This document shows positions 38,656 to 48,203 of a DNA stretch of 64,000 nucleotides, in pieces. The notes under the pieces are model-generated. The model saw only the letters and a list, made by a program, of their open reading frames with translations, was not told the origin of the DNA and ran no database searches. Both the position numbers and the translations under genes were made by a program. Within the stretch, counting starts at the first letter, position 1. Each line of letters begins with the position of its first letter. The stretch is from Spirochaetia bacterium. Its GTDB lineage: Bacteria; Spirochaetota; Spirochaetia; CADAEX01. The DNA is taken from the NCBI GenBank assembly GCA_963662795.1, contig OY759746.1, forward strand, positions 192,001 to 256,000, written 5' to 3'.

Positions 38656-39963
38656 ATGAACAGATTTTTTAAATATTCCGGAATAATTTTAATATGCTTA
38701 CTCGCCTCTTCATTGCAGCTTTACGCACAGGAAGGCTCATTTTTCAGTGAGACAACCGGTCTGTCCGTGGATAAATCGGCGCTCTCTATAGGAGGAAAAG
38801 CAATAAGCCAGATCAGATATTTCATAGATAATGAAAATCCGGAATCTTCAGAAATTGAATCTTTTCCTGAAGTAAGACTTGATTTTGATTATGATAATGA
38901 AAACTCATCAATGACAGCAAAACTCATATTCAGCCGCGATAAAATCTACAGCGATATTGAGGATATTATAGATGAGGCATATACGACTGTGTATTTCAGC
39001 AATTTTAATATTGAAACAGGCTTCATGAAAGTCGTTTGGGGAAAAGGGGATGAACTCAAGGCTCTCGACATACTTAACCCGATAGACTATACAGACTTTT
39101 ACAATAAAACTCTTCTTGAAAGAAAAAAAGCAGCCCTTATGGTAAAGCTTAATAAATATACCGGTTTAAACAGCCTGCTTGAACTTGTTTATATTCCCGT
39201 CTACACAGGGGTGCAGTTTGACAGCGCCGGGGACAGAAGATGGGCGCCTTACAGCGTCAGACAGCTTGCAGCATTTACCGCCGCAGGAGGAACTGTCTCC
39301 GAGGAAGATACAGATACTGTAGAGTATTCACAGGTTGCTGCAAGATTTACAAGCACATTCAGCGGCTTTGATTACGGATTCCTGTACAGCTACGGATTTA
39401 CACCTCTACCGGCAGCAGTAGTGGAAACACCGGCCCTGATTGAAGTAAAACCGCAAAGGGCCCACATATTCGGCGCTGAAGCGGCAAAGGTTTTATTCGG
39501 CCTTAACGCCAGGGCCGAAGCCGGATATTTTCTTACAGAAGATATTGAAGGCAATGACAGCGATGTAAAGAACAACCTCCTTATCTGGGTCGCCGGATTT
39601 GATAAAGACCTGCCCTTAAGCCAGCTTAACTTCCTTGCGGAAACTCAGGGGACTTATATACTCTCAAACAGCGGTTTAAAATCAGGAGATGTCGATTACA
39701 GCGAAAGCGGCAATTATTCACAGAATATAATTATCCTGCGCCTTAAGGATTCATGGGCGCATGAGAAAATACAGCCCCAGATATCAGCCACAGTTCACAT
39801 CGAAGAGGGGGATTTTATGCTGAAGCCGTCAGTAGCTCTTATTCCAAAGGATGATGTTGAATTCGAGTTTCTCTGTACACTATTTGAAGGTGATGAGGAT
39901 ACAGTTTTCGGAGTATACGATGACAATGACTTCATCCAGGCAAAATTCACATTCGCTTTTTAA
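38656..39963 (+). CDS. Putative outer-membrane beta-barrel protein (DUF1302-like)
   Basis: Signal peptide; EAY..GFMKVVWG..DILNP; terminal FGVYDDNDFIQAKFTFAF; typical partner of MMPL plus LolA-like genes. Confidence 0.7.
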   Translation: MNRFFKYSGIILICLLASSLQLYAQEGSFFSETTGLSVDKSALSIGGKAISQIRYFIDNENPESSEIESFPEVRLDFDYDNENSSMTAKLIFSRDKIYSDIEDIIDEAYTTVYFSNFNIETGFMKVVWGKGDELKALDILNPIDYTDFYNKTLLERKKAALMVKLNKYTGLNSLLELVYIPVYTGVQFDSAGDRRWAPYSVRQLAAFTAAGGTVSEEDTDTVEYSQVAARFTSTFSGFDYGFLYSYGFTPLPAAVVETPALIEVKPQRAHIFGAEAAKVLFGLNARAEAGYFLTEDIEGNDSDVKNNLLIWVAGFDKDLPLSQLNFLAETQGTYILSNSGLKSGDVDYSESGNYSQNIIILRLKDSWAHEKIQPQISATVHIEEGDFMLKPSVALIPKDDVEFEFLCTLFEGDEDTVFGVYDDNDFIQAKFTFAF

Positions 39964-39974
39964 ACTGTTAAATC

Positions 39975-40008
39975 AGGGAAATGCATCGTGAAGATGCTTC
40001 CCTTTTTT
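39975..40008 (+). terminator. Intrinsic terminator of the tetR-MMPL operon
   Basis: AGGGAA.TGCATC-loop-GATGC.TTCCCT followed by a T run. A second hairpin GGCAGCC...GGCTGCC follows at about 40023-40049. Confidence 0.75.
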
Positions 40009-40174
40009 ATATTATCACTCCGGGCAGCCGTGTCGTTGACAGGGCTGCCTTCTATTTTCAAATAAAGGAACTGAAAAATAAGGCCCTCAATTGATTTGAC
40101 ATTACTCAAGATAAATACATATACTTAGCTCATAATTTTAAAAAATTAAAAAAATACAGGATTGGCCATTATCA

Positions 40175-42814
40175 ATGTTGAAAAAAACAATCCGGGTATT
40201 GCGTTCCATTTACAGGGGGTTTAACAGAATATCCGGGGAGCTCTTGAAACGCAGAAGGAATAAACCTCCGCTGATCTCAAATATTCCCGGTATGGCTTAC
40301 AGGTGCAGGTTTGATCACGAGTGGACCATGGAATATGTTTCTGATAAATGCTTCGAACTGACAGGCTATCATAAAAATGAGCTTCTCAGAAACAAAGTAC
40401 TTTCATTCAATGATCTGATACTGCCGCAGTACAGGGAGCATCTGTGGAAAGTATGGGATGATGCAGTACGGAATCATAAACCAGTATATGAGGAATATAA
40501 AATCCTCACTGCTGATAATCAGGAAAAATGGGTATGGGAACAGGGTATTCCGGTTTACGATTTCAAAGGAAAACTTGAAGGACTTGAAGGGCTTATAATA
40601 GATATTACAGACCGGAGAAAAGCCGAATTCGGACGGGAATCAGCGTTCCTGAATCTTGAAAAGCGCATGAAGGCTCTTGAAAACCCGGTTGAGGATAGTG
40701 AAAATATAACATTTGAGACTTTATTCGACCTTGATAAAATTCAGAAACTGCAGGATGAATTTGCAGAGGCGACAGGAGTCGCTTCCATAATTACATGTCC
40801 CGATGGAACCCCGATTACAAAGCCCAGCAATTTCTGCAGACTTTGTGAAATAATAATCCGCGGCAATGAAAAGGGAGTTATGAACTGCCATATTTCTGAT
40901 GCAATGATAGGGCGCCAGCACCCTGAAGGCCCGATTGTTCAGAAGTGCCTGAGTGCCGGACTCTGGGATGCCGGAGCCAGCATAACAGTCGGAGAAAAAC
41001 ATATCGCTAACTGGCTCATCGGCGAGGTAAGGGACGAAAACCAGGATTCAGAGGGAATAAGGGAATATGCGCGGATTATTGGTGCGGATGAAGATGAGGC
41101 AGCAGATGCCTACAGTAAAACCTATTCGATGCCACTGGCAAAGTTTAAAAAAATCGCACAGGTACTCTTCACACTCGCAAACCAGATTTCTGATATAGCC
41201 TGGCAGAACTGGAATCAGGCAAAATTTATTTCAGACCTTAAAATCGCTGAGGACCAGCGGGAAAATGCACTTGAAACCCTGAAAAAAAGCGAAGCAAAAA
41301 ACAAAGCTCTTTTACAGGCTCTGCCGGATATGATGTTTTTATTTGACAGGGAAGGAGTGATTCTGGATTATCACGCTCCTGATGAAACACTTCTGATAGC
41401 ACCTCCTGAAATATTCCTCGGGCACAATATAGCTGAAGTTTCACCGGGGTTAATTACAGAATTGACCATGAACAGTATAGAAACTATTGCAGAAAAAAAA
41501 GAGACTGCATTATACAGTTACAAAATTGAAAGCGGAGGTGAACCATGGTTCTATGAAAGCAGAATGGTTGCCTGCGGAAAATATTTTCTTGCCATAGTCA
41601 GGGATATAACTGAGAGAAGAAAAATGGAACACCAGCAGGAAGCCTCACTTGCTGAAAAGGAAAAACTTCAGGCAATGCTGACTCAGTCTCAAAAAATGGA
41701 ATCAGTTGGAAGACTTGCCGGCGGAGTTGCGCATGACTTCAACAACATGTTAAGCGTCATATTGGGCCATTCAGAACTTATGCTAGAGCAGATTGATTCA
41801 AACCATATATTTTATATGAGCCTGAAGGAAATAAAGCAGGCCGCCGAAAGGTCTGCGGCCCTTACCCGCCAGCTTCTTGCCTTTGCCCGCAAACAAAGTA
41901 TAGCACCTAAAATTTTAAACCTTAATAAAACGGTAGAAGGGATGCTCAGTATGATGAAACGTCTTATAGGAGAAAACATCAGGCTTTCCTGGAAACCGGG
42001 TGAAAAACTCTGGAATGTCAAAGTCGATATTTCCCAGATTAATCAGATACTGGCAAATTTATGTGTCAACTCACGGGATGCAATAAACGGCAGCGGAGAG
42101 ATTACAATCGAAACATCGAATACTATACTGGACAGCGGTTTCACAGCTGCTCATCCCGGTTTTTCTGAGGGTGCCTATGTCAAGCTGGCAGTAAGTGACA
42201 ACGGATGCGGTATAAAGGCAAAAAACCTCGAAAACCTTTTTGAACCATTCTTTACGACAAAAGTCAGCGGCAAAGGTACCGGCCTGGGGCTTGCAACAGT
42301 ATACGGTATAGTTAAGCAGAATAACGGTTTTATTGATGTATCAAGCCAGCCGGGAACCGGAAGCACCTTTACAATTTTCCTGCCCCGTGTTTATGGAAAA
42401 AATACAGCACCGCAGGAAAATGAAACGCAAAAAGAGATAATAAAAGGAATTGAGACAATACTGCTTGTCGAGGATGAAACAGCAATACTGGAAATAACAG
42501 CAATAATGCTTAAAAATATGGGATACAATGTTATTTCCTCTTCAGTGCCGGAAGAGGCCCTCAGCCTTGCAGAAAAACATGCAGGTGAGATAAATCTGCT
42601 GATAACGGATGTTATTATGCCCGGTATAAACGGGCGCGATCTTTCGGAAAAAATCCTTGCTTTGTCCCCGGATATGAAATGTCTTTTCATTTCAGGGTAT
42701 ACTGCTGATGTTATTGCCAGCCAGGGAATTCTGAACGAAGGAATACAATTTATTCAAAAACCATTTTCAATGAATGATCTTTCAAATAAAATCAGGATAG
42801 TTCTTGAATCATAA
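40175..42814 (+). CDS. Hybrid sensor kinase: PAS - PocR - PAS - HisKA - HATPase - REC
   Basis: PAS (NIPGMAYRC..WVWEQG); PocR (LQDEFAEATG..PSNFCRLC..NC..SD..CLSAGLWD); AGGVAHDFNN; GTGLGL; LLVEDE..TDVIMP..KPF. Confidence 0.92.
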   Translation: MLKKTIRVLRSIYRGFNRISGELLKRRRNKPPLISNIPGMAYRCRFDHEWTMEYVSDKCFELTGYHKNELLRNKVLSFNDLILPQYREHLWKVWDDAVRNHKPVYEEYKILTADNQEKWVWEQGIPVYDFKGKLEGLEGLIIDITDRRKAEFGRESAFLNLEKRMKALENPVEDSENITFETLFDLDKIQKLQDEFAEATGVASIITCPDGTPITKPSNFCRLCEIIIRGNEKGVMNCHISDAMIGRQHPEGPIVQKCLSAGLWDAGASITVGEKHIANWLIGEVRDENQDSEGIREYARIIGADEDEAADAYSKTYSMPLAKFKKIAQVLFTLANQISDIAWQNWNQAKFISDLKIAEDQRENALETLKKSEAKNKALLQALPDMMFLFDREGVILDYHAPDETLLIAPPEIFLGHNIAEVSPGLITELTMNSIETIAEKKETALYSYKIESGGEPWFYESRMVACGKYFLAIVRDITERRKMEHQQEASLAEKEKLQAMLTQSQKMESVGRLAGGVAHDFNNMLSVILGHSELMLEQIDSNHIFYMSLKEIKQAAERSAALTRQLLAFARKQSIAPKILNLNKTVEGMLSMMKRLIGENIRLSWKPGEKLWNVKVDISQINQILANLCVNSRDAINGSGEITIETSNTILDSGFTAAHPGFSEGAYVKLAVSDNGCGIKAKNLENLFEPFFTTKVSGKGTGLGLATVYGIVKQNNGFIDVSSQPGTGSTFTIFLPRVYGKNTAPQENETQKEIIKGIETILLVEDETAILEITAIMLKNMGYNVISSSVPEEALSLAEKHAGEINLLITDVIMPGINGRDLSEKILALSPDMKCLFISGYTADVIASQGILNEGIQFIQKPFSMNDLSNKIRIVLES

Positions 42815-42826
42815 ACAGGATTAAAA

Positions 42827-43921
42827 ATGGAAAAAGAAAAAACAATTTACGTGATATACGGCAATAATCCCGCAGAGATGACAAAAAAAATACTTGCCGA
42901 AACCCGGATTGAAAATAAGATCAGGCCGGGATCACTTATAGGGCTCAAACCGAATCTCGTTGTTTCAAAACCTTCATCATCAGGTGCTACAACTTCACCG
43001 TTAATTGCAGGTGCGGTTATTGAATATCTCAAAGATAAGGGTTTCGATAATTTATTGATACTGGAAGGTTCCTGGGTAGGCGACAGCACGAAAAGGGCTT
43101 TCAGGACCTGCGGATATGAGGATGTCTCAAAAAAATATAATGTTCCGCTTTTTGACACAAAGGATGACAGTTTTACCGTAAAAACAAGCGGCGGCATGGA
43201 AATGGAAATCTGCGACAGGCTTTTTGATGTGGACTTTCTGATTAACATGCCGGTAATCAAGGGGCACTGCCAGACCCTCGTCACAGGTGCGCTGAAAAAT
43301 ATGAAAGGATGCATCACAGACAGGGAGAAAAGACACTTTCACTCTCTCGGGCTTCATGACCCGATAGCTTACTTAAATAAAATCAGGTGCGCTGATTTTG
43401 TAATCGCAGACGGCCTGTGCGGCGACCTTGATTTCGAGGAAGGGGGTAACCCCGTGCAGATGAACAGGATCGTATGCGGAACTGATTCTGTCCTTACTGA
43501 CGCCTACATTGCGTCCATTATGGGCTACAGGCCTGAAGATGTTGAGTACATAGCCACTGCCGCGGAAATTGGTGTCGGAAGCTGCAATCTTGATGAAGCG
43601 GATATAGTTGAGCTTAACAAGGACAGAACAATAGCATCCGCCGCTTCAACCGGAAAGGTCAGCAGGCTTGCAAAACACACAGTACAGAAGAATGCCTGTT
43701 CAGCATGCTACGCAAACCTCATACACGCCCTTGCAAGACTTGAAGAAGAGGGAGAGCTGTCAAAGCTAAAAGGGAAAATATCAATCGGGCAGGGCTTCAG
43801 ATGGGTAGAGTCAGACGGAACAGGCATAGGGTCGTGCACAAGCAGCTTTGAAAACTATCTCCCGGGCTGTCCCCCTGCCCCGCTCGATATCATTGATTTC
43901 CTGAAAGATCAGATAGATTGA
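42827..43921 (+). CDS. DUF362-family Fe-S protein
   Basis: LKPNLV, GATT, NMPVIKGH, GALKNMKG, and C-terminal ACSAC...GSC...GCPP. Confidence 0.85.
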   Translation: MEKEKTIYVIYGNNPAEMTKKILAETRIENKIRPGSLIGLKPNLVVSKPSSSGATTSPLIAGAVIEYLKDKGFDNLLILEGSWVGDSTKRAFRTCGYEDVSKKYNVPLFDTKDDSFTVKTSGGMEMEICDRLFDVDFLINMPVIKGHCQTLVTGALKNMKGCITDREKRHFHSLGLHDPIAYLNKIRCADFVIADGLCGDLDFEEGGNPVQMNRIVCGTDSVLTDAYIASIMGYRPEDVEYIATAAEIGVGSCNLDEADIVELNKDRTIASAASTGKVSRLAKHTVQKNACSACYANLIHALARLEEEGELSKLKGKISIGQGFRWVESDGTGIGSCTSSFENYLPGCPPAPLDIIDFLKDQID

Positions 43922-44064
43922 GTTTTTAAATAAGCAAACTGCTTTTCATTCTATGATAATTGGATGACCTATTATTTATAATTGCTGCCGGATGTTCACC
44001 TGAAGTGTTAAAATATTCAGTTTGTTTATTTACTTTTTTCCCCTGTTCAGCTACATTCAAAAAC

Positions 44065-45345
44065 ATGAATATTATCATGAGCTCACCTGTAATTCTTAAA
44101 ATACTGATTTCCCTTACAGTTATACTGGCCGCAGACAGAATGATTAAAAACCTTGCCCTTTCCATGGCAATCGGCACTCTGGTACTCGCACTATGGTCCG
44201 GTCATGCTCCACTTTCTGTGCTGTCGATCACTATAGATACTATGCTTACTCCGGATTACATAATCCTTCTGATTATGCTTTTCCTCCTTATCTGGTTAAG
44301 CTCGCAAATGAAAGAAACGATGATGATGGACGACCTTGTAAAAGGGCTTCAGATGCGCCTTACAGGAAAAAGCCTTCTGGCTGTAGTGCCCGCGATCATA
44401 GGCCTTATTCCAATGCCGGGCGGGGCCCTTTTTTCCGCGCCTCTTGTCGATGACTGCGATACGGATAAATCAATGGATCCGTATCTTAAAACAAAGATCA
44501 ACTACTGGTTCAGACACATGTGGGAATACTGGCTTCCGTTATATGCAGGAGTAATTCTTGCACTTCAGATTACAGGACTCGAAATATGGCAGATGGCAAT
44601 TGTAAACTTCCCCCTGACAATTTTTTCCGCCGCGGGCGGGTATTTCTTTCTTCTCAGAAAAGTCAAAACTGAAAAAAGGATTCTTACCGGTTTAAAATCC
44701 CCTGTTTTAATATATCTGCTTCCCATAATTCTGATTGTTGTTCTATACACAATAATTGGATTTACCTTCCCTGTGCTTAAGGAAAAATCAAAATATCTTC
44801 CCATGGGGATAAGCATATTCCTTACAATGTTATATATACAGCTCTACAGGCCTCTTCCATCAAAAAAATGGGCAAAGATTATCTTTTCAAAAAGCATTCT
44901 GGACATGGTCGTGGTTGTCGCTGTAATAAGTATCTACGGCGCTTTTATCAGGGCGCAGCTGCCTGACGGCAGATTTCTTATGGATATAATGAGGGATGAA
45001 CTCACAGTATCAGGAATCAGCCCGGTGCTGCTGATTATTCTCCTTCCCTTTATAAGCGGATTCGCAACAGGCATTGCAGTAGGTTTTGTCGGGGCAAGTT
45101 TTCCGATTATCATAAGCATACTCGGACAGGACCCCCTGCTCAAAGACCTGCTTTCCGCGGTTGTCCTTGCCTACGCAAGCGGCCATATCGGGCAGCTTCT
45201 TTCACCTGTCCATGTCTGTAATATTGTCTCAAACAAATACTTTAAAACAGATCTTCTGAAATCAACGGCCCAGCTCATCCCTGTCTGCCTTTTTGTTTTT
45301 GCAGGCGCTGTATTCTCCATCAGCATGATTCATCTGGTATTGTAG
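44065..45345 (+). CDS. DUF401-family membrane protein (putative transporter)
   Basis: IGLIPMPGGALFSAP, INYWFRHMWEYWLPLY, LSPVHVC; start probably ATG 44065 or 44077. Confidence 0.85.
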   Translation: MNIIMSSPVILKILISLTVILAADRMIKNLALSMAIGTLVLALWSGHAPLSVLSITIDTMLTPDYIILLIMLFLLIWLSSQMKETMMMDDLVKGLQMRLTGKSLLAVVPAIIGLIPMPGGALFSAPLVDDCDTDKSMDPYLKTKINYWFRHMWEYWLPLYAGVILALQITGLEIWQMAIVNFPLTIFSAAGGYFFLLRKVKTEKRILTGLKSPVLIYLLPIILIVVLYTIIGFTFPVLKEKSKYLPMGISIFLTMLYIQLYRPLPSKKWAKIIFSKSILDMVVVVAVISIYGAFIRAQLPDGRFLMDIMRDELTVSGISPVLLIILLPFISGFATGIAVGFVGASFPIIISILGQDPLLKDLLSAVVLAYASGHIGQLLSPVHVCNIVSNKYFKTDLLKSTAQLIPVCLFVFAGAVFSISMIHLVL

Positions 45346-45496
45346 ATACTATCAATTTTTGCCGTTGAATTAATGTAAAAATGCAGTTCAGGACTCTTTA
45401 TTAATGTTTTTTAATCAATTTTTAACCGACTGTTTACCCGTTTTTTATATAAATATAATATTCTTAATTATAGAAAAATGATGCAGGAGGCCGAAT

Positions 45497-45613
45497 ATGG
45501 AACTTTTTAGTACAATCGTAATTCTTGCAGTGGTATTTGTCTTTGTTCTTGCTTTTATTAATGATGTGCATGATGTTTCAACCGGTTCAAAACCATTGAA
45601 GAAACATAAGTAA
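45497..45613 (+). CDS. Small 38-aa single-TM protein (not in the ORF track)
   Basis: AGGAGG-N6-ATG; MELFSTIVILAVVFVFVLAFINDVHDVSTGSKPLKKHK*. Confidence 0.6.
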   Translation: MELFSTIVILAVVFVFVLAFINDVHDVSTGSKPLKKHK

Positions 45614-45665
45614 GTGACTGTAACCTGATCAGCCCCCATCTCAGGGTTCAGGGGCGGGACATAAT

Positions 45666-47126
45666 TCAGCAGGAAGAACTGCCCGCAGTTGTATACCCTC
45701 CTTCAGGGTGCGGTGTAAATGCAAGATGATAGTTAAAACCTTTCGGGTCAATATGCATGCCGTGGCTTACAAGTAGGATTGTGCTCTCCCTGAAAGATGA
45801 GAGCTTTTCAATTATATTGATTACAGAGGCGGTATTTTCTTCATCAAGGCCCTGACAGGGTTCATCAAGTATTATCAGCTCAGGCATTTTCACAAGAGCC
45901 CTTATTATAAGAGTTTTTCTTTTTTCCCCAAACGATAGTTCATTAAAAGGAACATCTTTTTTACCTGTCATTCCCGAAACCTCAATAAGTGAGAGGGCCT
46001 CTTCAAGCTGAAGACCTGAGACATCCTTATAAAGCCCTATTGAATCGAAGAACCCGGAAAGCACGGTATCAAGCAGGCTTGAGCGGACCCTGTAGTTCAT
46101 CTGAAAATCGCCTGAGACAAGTCCGATCCTTTTTTTTATATCCCAGATTGTCTCGCCGCTTCCCTTTTTAATTCCGAACAGGGTTATGTCATTCATATAT
46201 GCTTTGGGATTATCCGCATTAACAAGGCTTATAAGTGTAGATTTTCCGCAGCCGTTGGGGCCGGTTATCTTCCACTTCTCTCCTTTCTGAACCTGCCAGT
46301 TTATATCTGTAAGTATTTTGACATTTTCGTATGAAAGATTAACATTTTTCATGCTGATAACGGGGGGGGTGTTCCCGTCAGAAGAGGCTGATGATGTACC
46401 ATGGGTAATAAATATCTCTGAAGCAGCCGTGCCCCATCCTTCAGAAATCCGGATATCCGGTCCGATACGCACTGATGATCCGATAGATTTAATCCTTCCG
46501 TTTTCAAGTTCAATCACCCGGTCTGTCCATTCAGGGATTTCAGACTTCCTCGGGGTTACGATGAATATCCTCTCTCCTGATTCGACAAGAGCCTTAAAAA
46601 GCTGATGCAGATTTTTTTGAGCTGATACATCAAGTCCATCAAACGGGTCATCAACAATAAGGATATCGGGTTTTGCCATTAAAGCCCTGCACAGCATGGT
46701 TTTTCTGAACTCTCCTGTAGAAAGATAACGGAGGCCCCTCTCAAGTATGTCTTGAAGATCAAACATGGATGTATATTTCCGGTAAAGGGTCTCATCTGAA
46801 GAATTGCAGTCCTTTAAGATAAAATCCTTTACCCGTGTTCCCGGATCAACGCCTCCCTGCATAAAACGGGAGTTATCCTTTTTCCGCTCTTCTGCCATAA
46901 TTTTCTGCTGAAGTTCGAATGAGGCATACCCTGTATTTCCATCAAGTACAACACGGCCTGCGCTTTCTTTAAGGGTCCCTCCCATAATCATTGCAAGGAG
47001 TGATTTGCCGCTGCCGTTGGAGCCGGTTATTGCCCAGCATTTCCCTTCAGAAAAATCAACTGAAATACTGTCAAGCAGAACTTTGCCGCCGGTTTTATAG
47101 GATATATTTTCAAGCTTTATCACCAT
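45666..47126 (-). CDS. modF: ModF-like double ABC ATPase
   Basis: GSNGSGKS..SFELQ..LSTGE..DDPFDGLD, then GPNGCGKS..GSGETIWDIKKRIG..LSFGE..DEPCQGLD. Confidence 0.85.
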   Translation of the reverse strand: MVIKLENISYKTGGKVLLDSISVDFSEGKCWAITGSNGSGKSLLAMIMGGTLKESAGRVVLDGNTGYASFELQQKIMAEERKKDNSRFMQGGVDPGTRVKDFILKDCNSSDETLYRKYTSMFDLQDILERGLRYLSTGEFRKTMLCRALMAKPDILIVDDPFDGLDVSAQKNLHQLFKALVESGERIFIVTPRKSEIPEWTDRVIELENGRIKSIGSSVRIGPDIRISEGWGTAASEIFITHGTSSASSDGNTPPVISMKNVNLSYENVKILTDINWQVQKGEKWKITGPNGCGKSTLISLVNADNPKAYMNDITLFGIKKGSGETIWDIKKRIGLVSGDFQMNYRVRSSLLDTVLSGFFDSIGLYKDVSGLQLEEALSLIEVSGMTGKKDVPFNELSFGEKRKTLIIRALVKMPELIILDEPCQGLDEENTASVINIIEKLSSFRESTILLVSHGMHIDPKGFNYHLAFTPHPEGGYTTAGSSSC

Positions 47127-48054
47127 CTTTCTCCGAACCACTATTTTTCAAAGTATTTAAATCCCCAATTCCGGGGTTTCCGTCAAGAGCAGAGTTTCTG
47201 AATGCCCGGACAAAGGGGTTTGCCGCCCTTTTTTTCTGACTGCATAGTCCGACATGATAGGGTTCAAGAGGAGGTGAAAAATCAAGAATCCTTACTGAGT
47301 TTTTAAACGGGCTGTTGTCGACAACAAGCTGAGGAACAAGTCCTATTCCGCAGCCGAGGCTTACCATTGAAAGGATTGCCTCGTTACCTGATACCTGCGC
47401 ATATATATCCGGTTTGATACCGCTCAGCGCAAACCTTGAGTCAATCCTGTTCCTTGCAACTCCTTTTTCCGGGAGTATCAGCGGACATTTTTCAAAGCTG
47501 AGATTCTTCTCGTTTTTCCCGATAAATTTAGTATCAAAATCCGGCGCAATAAAAACAAGCGGTGTAACTGTAAGCGGTAAAAAATCAATGTTTTCAGGAA
47601 GCCTGTCAGGAAGGACAGCAATGGAAACATCAACTTCATTATCAAGAACCTTCTGCAGTGTAATGCCGGCATCTCCTGTCTGAAGCTTTATGTTTATTTC
47701 AGGGTAATCAATTCTGAACTTTTTTATTATCGGCAGCAGTATACTGTAACTTGCTGTTACCGTGCAGAAAAGGGATATCTCACCTTTCAGGGTTTTTTCG
47801 CTTATTACAGCGTTGTGCTGAAAATCATTCAGACTGTCAAGGATATCAGATGCATACTGTCTGAAAAGCTGACCTGCCGGGGTGAGTGCTACATACCTGT
47901 TGCTTCTTTCAAGCAGCCGGTATCCCAGTTCTTCTTCAAGCCTTTTAATGCTTCTTGTAAAAGCAGAGGGACTTAAGTTGCATTTTCTGCTGGACTTTCC
48001 AAAGTGAAGAGTTTCCGCAATGCTGAGAAAATGGCCAAGCTGGAGGATATCCAT
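47110..48054 (-). CDS. ilvY: LysR-family activator IlvY
   Basis: LHFGKSS..SPSAFTRSIKRLE; LFCTVTASYS; LQTGD; IYAQVSGNEAILSMVSLGCG; divergent from ilvC. Confidence 0.88.
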   Translation of the reverse strand: MDILQLGHFLSIAETLHFGKSSRKCNLSPSAFTRSIKRLEEELGYRLLERSNRYVALTPAGQLFRQYASDILDSLNDFQHNAVISEKTLKGEISLFCTVTASYSILLPIIKKFRIDYPEINIKLQTGDAGITLQKVLDNEVDVSIAVLPDRLPENIDFLPLTVTPLVFIAPDFDTKFIGKNEKNLSFEKCPLILPEKGVARNRIDSRFALSGIKPDIYAQVSGNEAILSMVSLGCGIGLVPQLVVDNSPFKNSVRILDFSPPLEPYHVGLCSQKKRAANPFVRAFRNSALDGNPGIGDLNTLKNSGSEKDGDKA

Positions 48055-48103
48055 CAAAACTCCTTGTAATTCTTTTTATGATTCATAAATATGCCCTTTA
48101 TAG

Positions 48104-48118
48104 TTGCATAATTATCAA
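48104..48118. promoter_or_regulatory. Possible IlvY (LysR T-N11-A) operator
   Basis: TTGCATAATTATCAA imperfect dyad between the divergent ilvY and ilvC genes. Confidence 0.45.
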
Positions 48119-48203
48119 TAATTTTATATAAATAAATCGTTTGACACAATATATTTTCATAGGTTATTGTGTCAATAGTTATGTTCAGGGAGGTATCCGG
48201 AAA

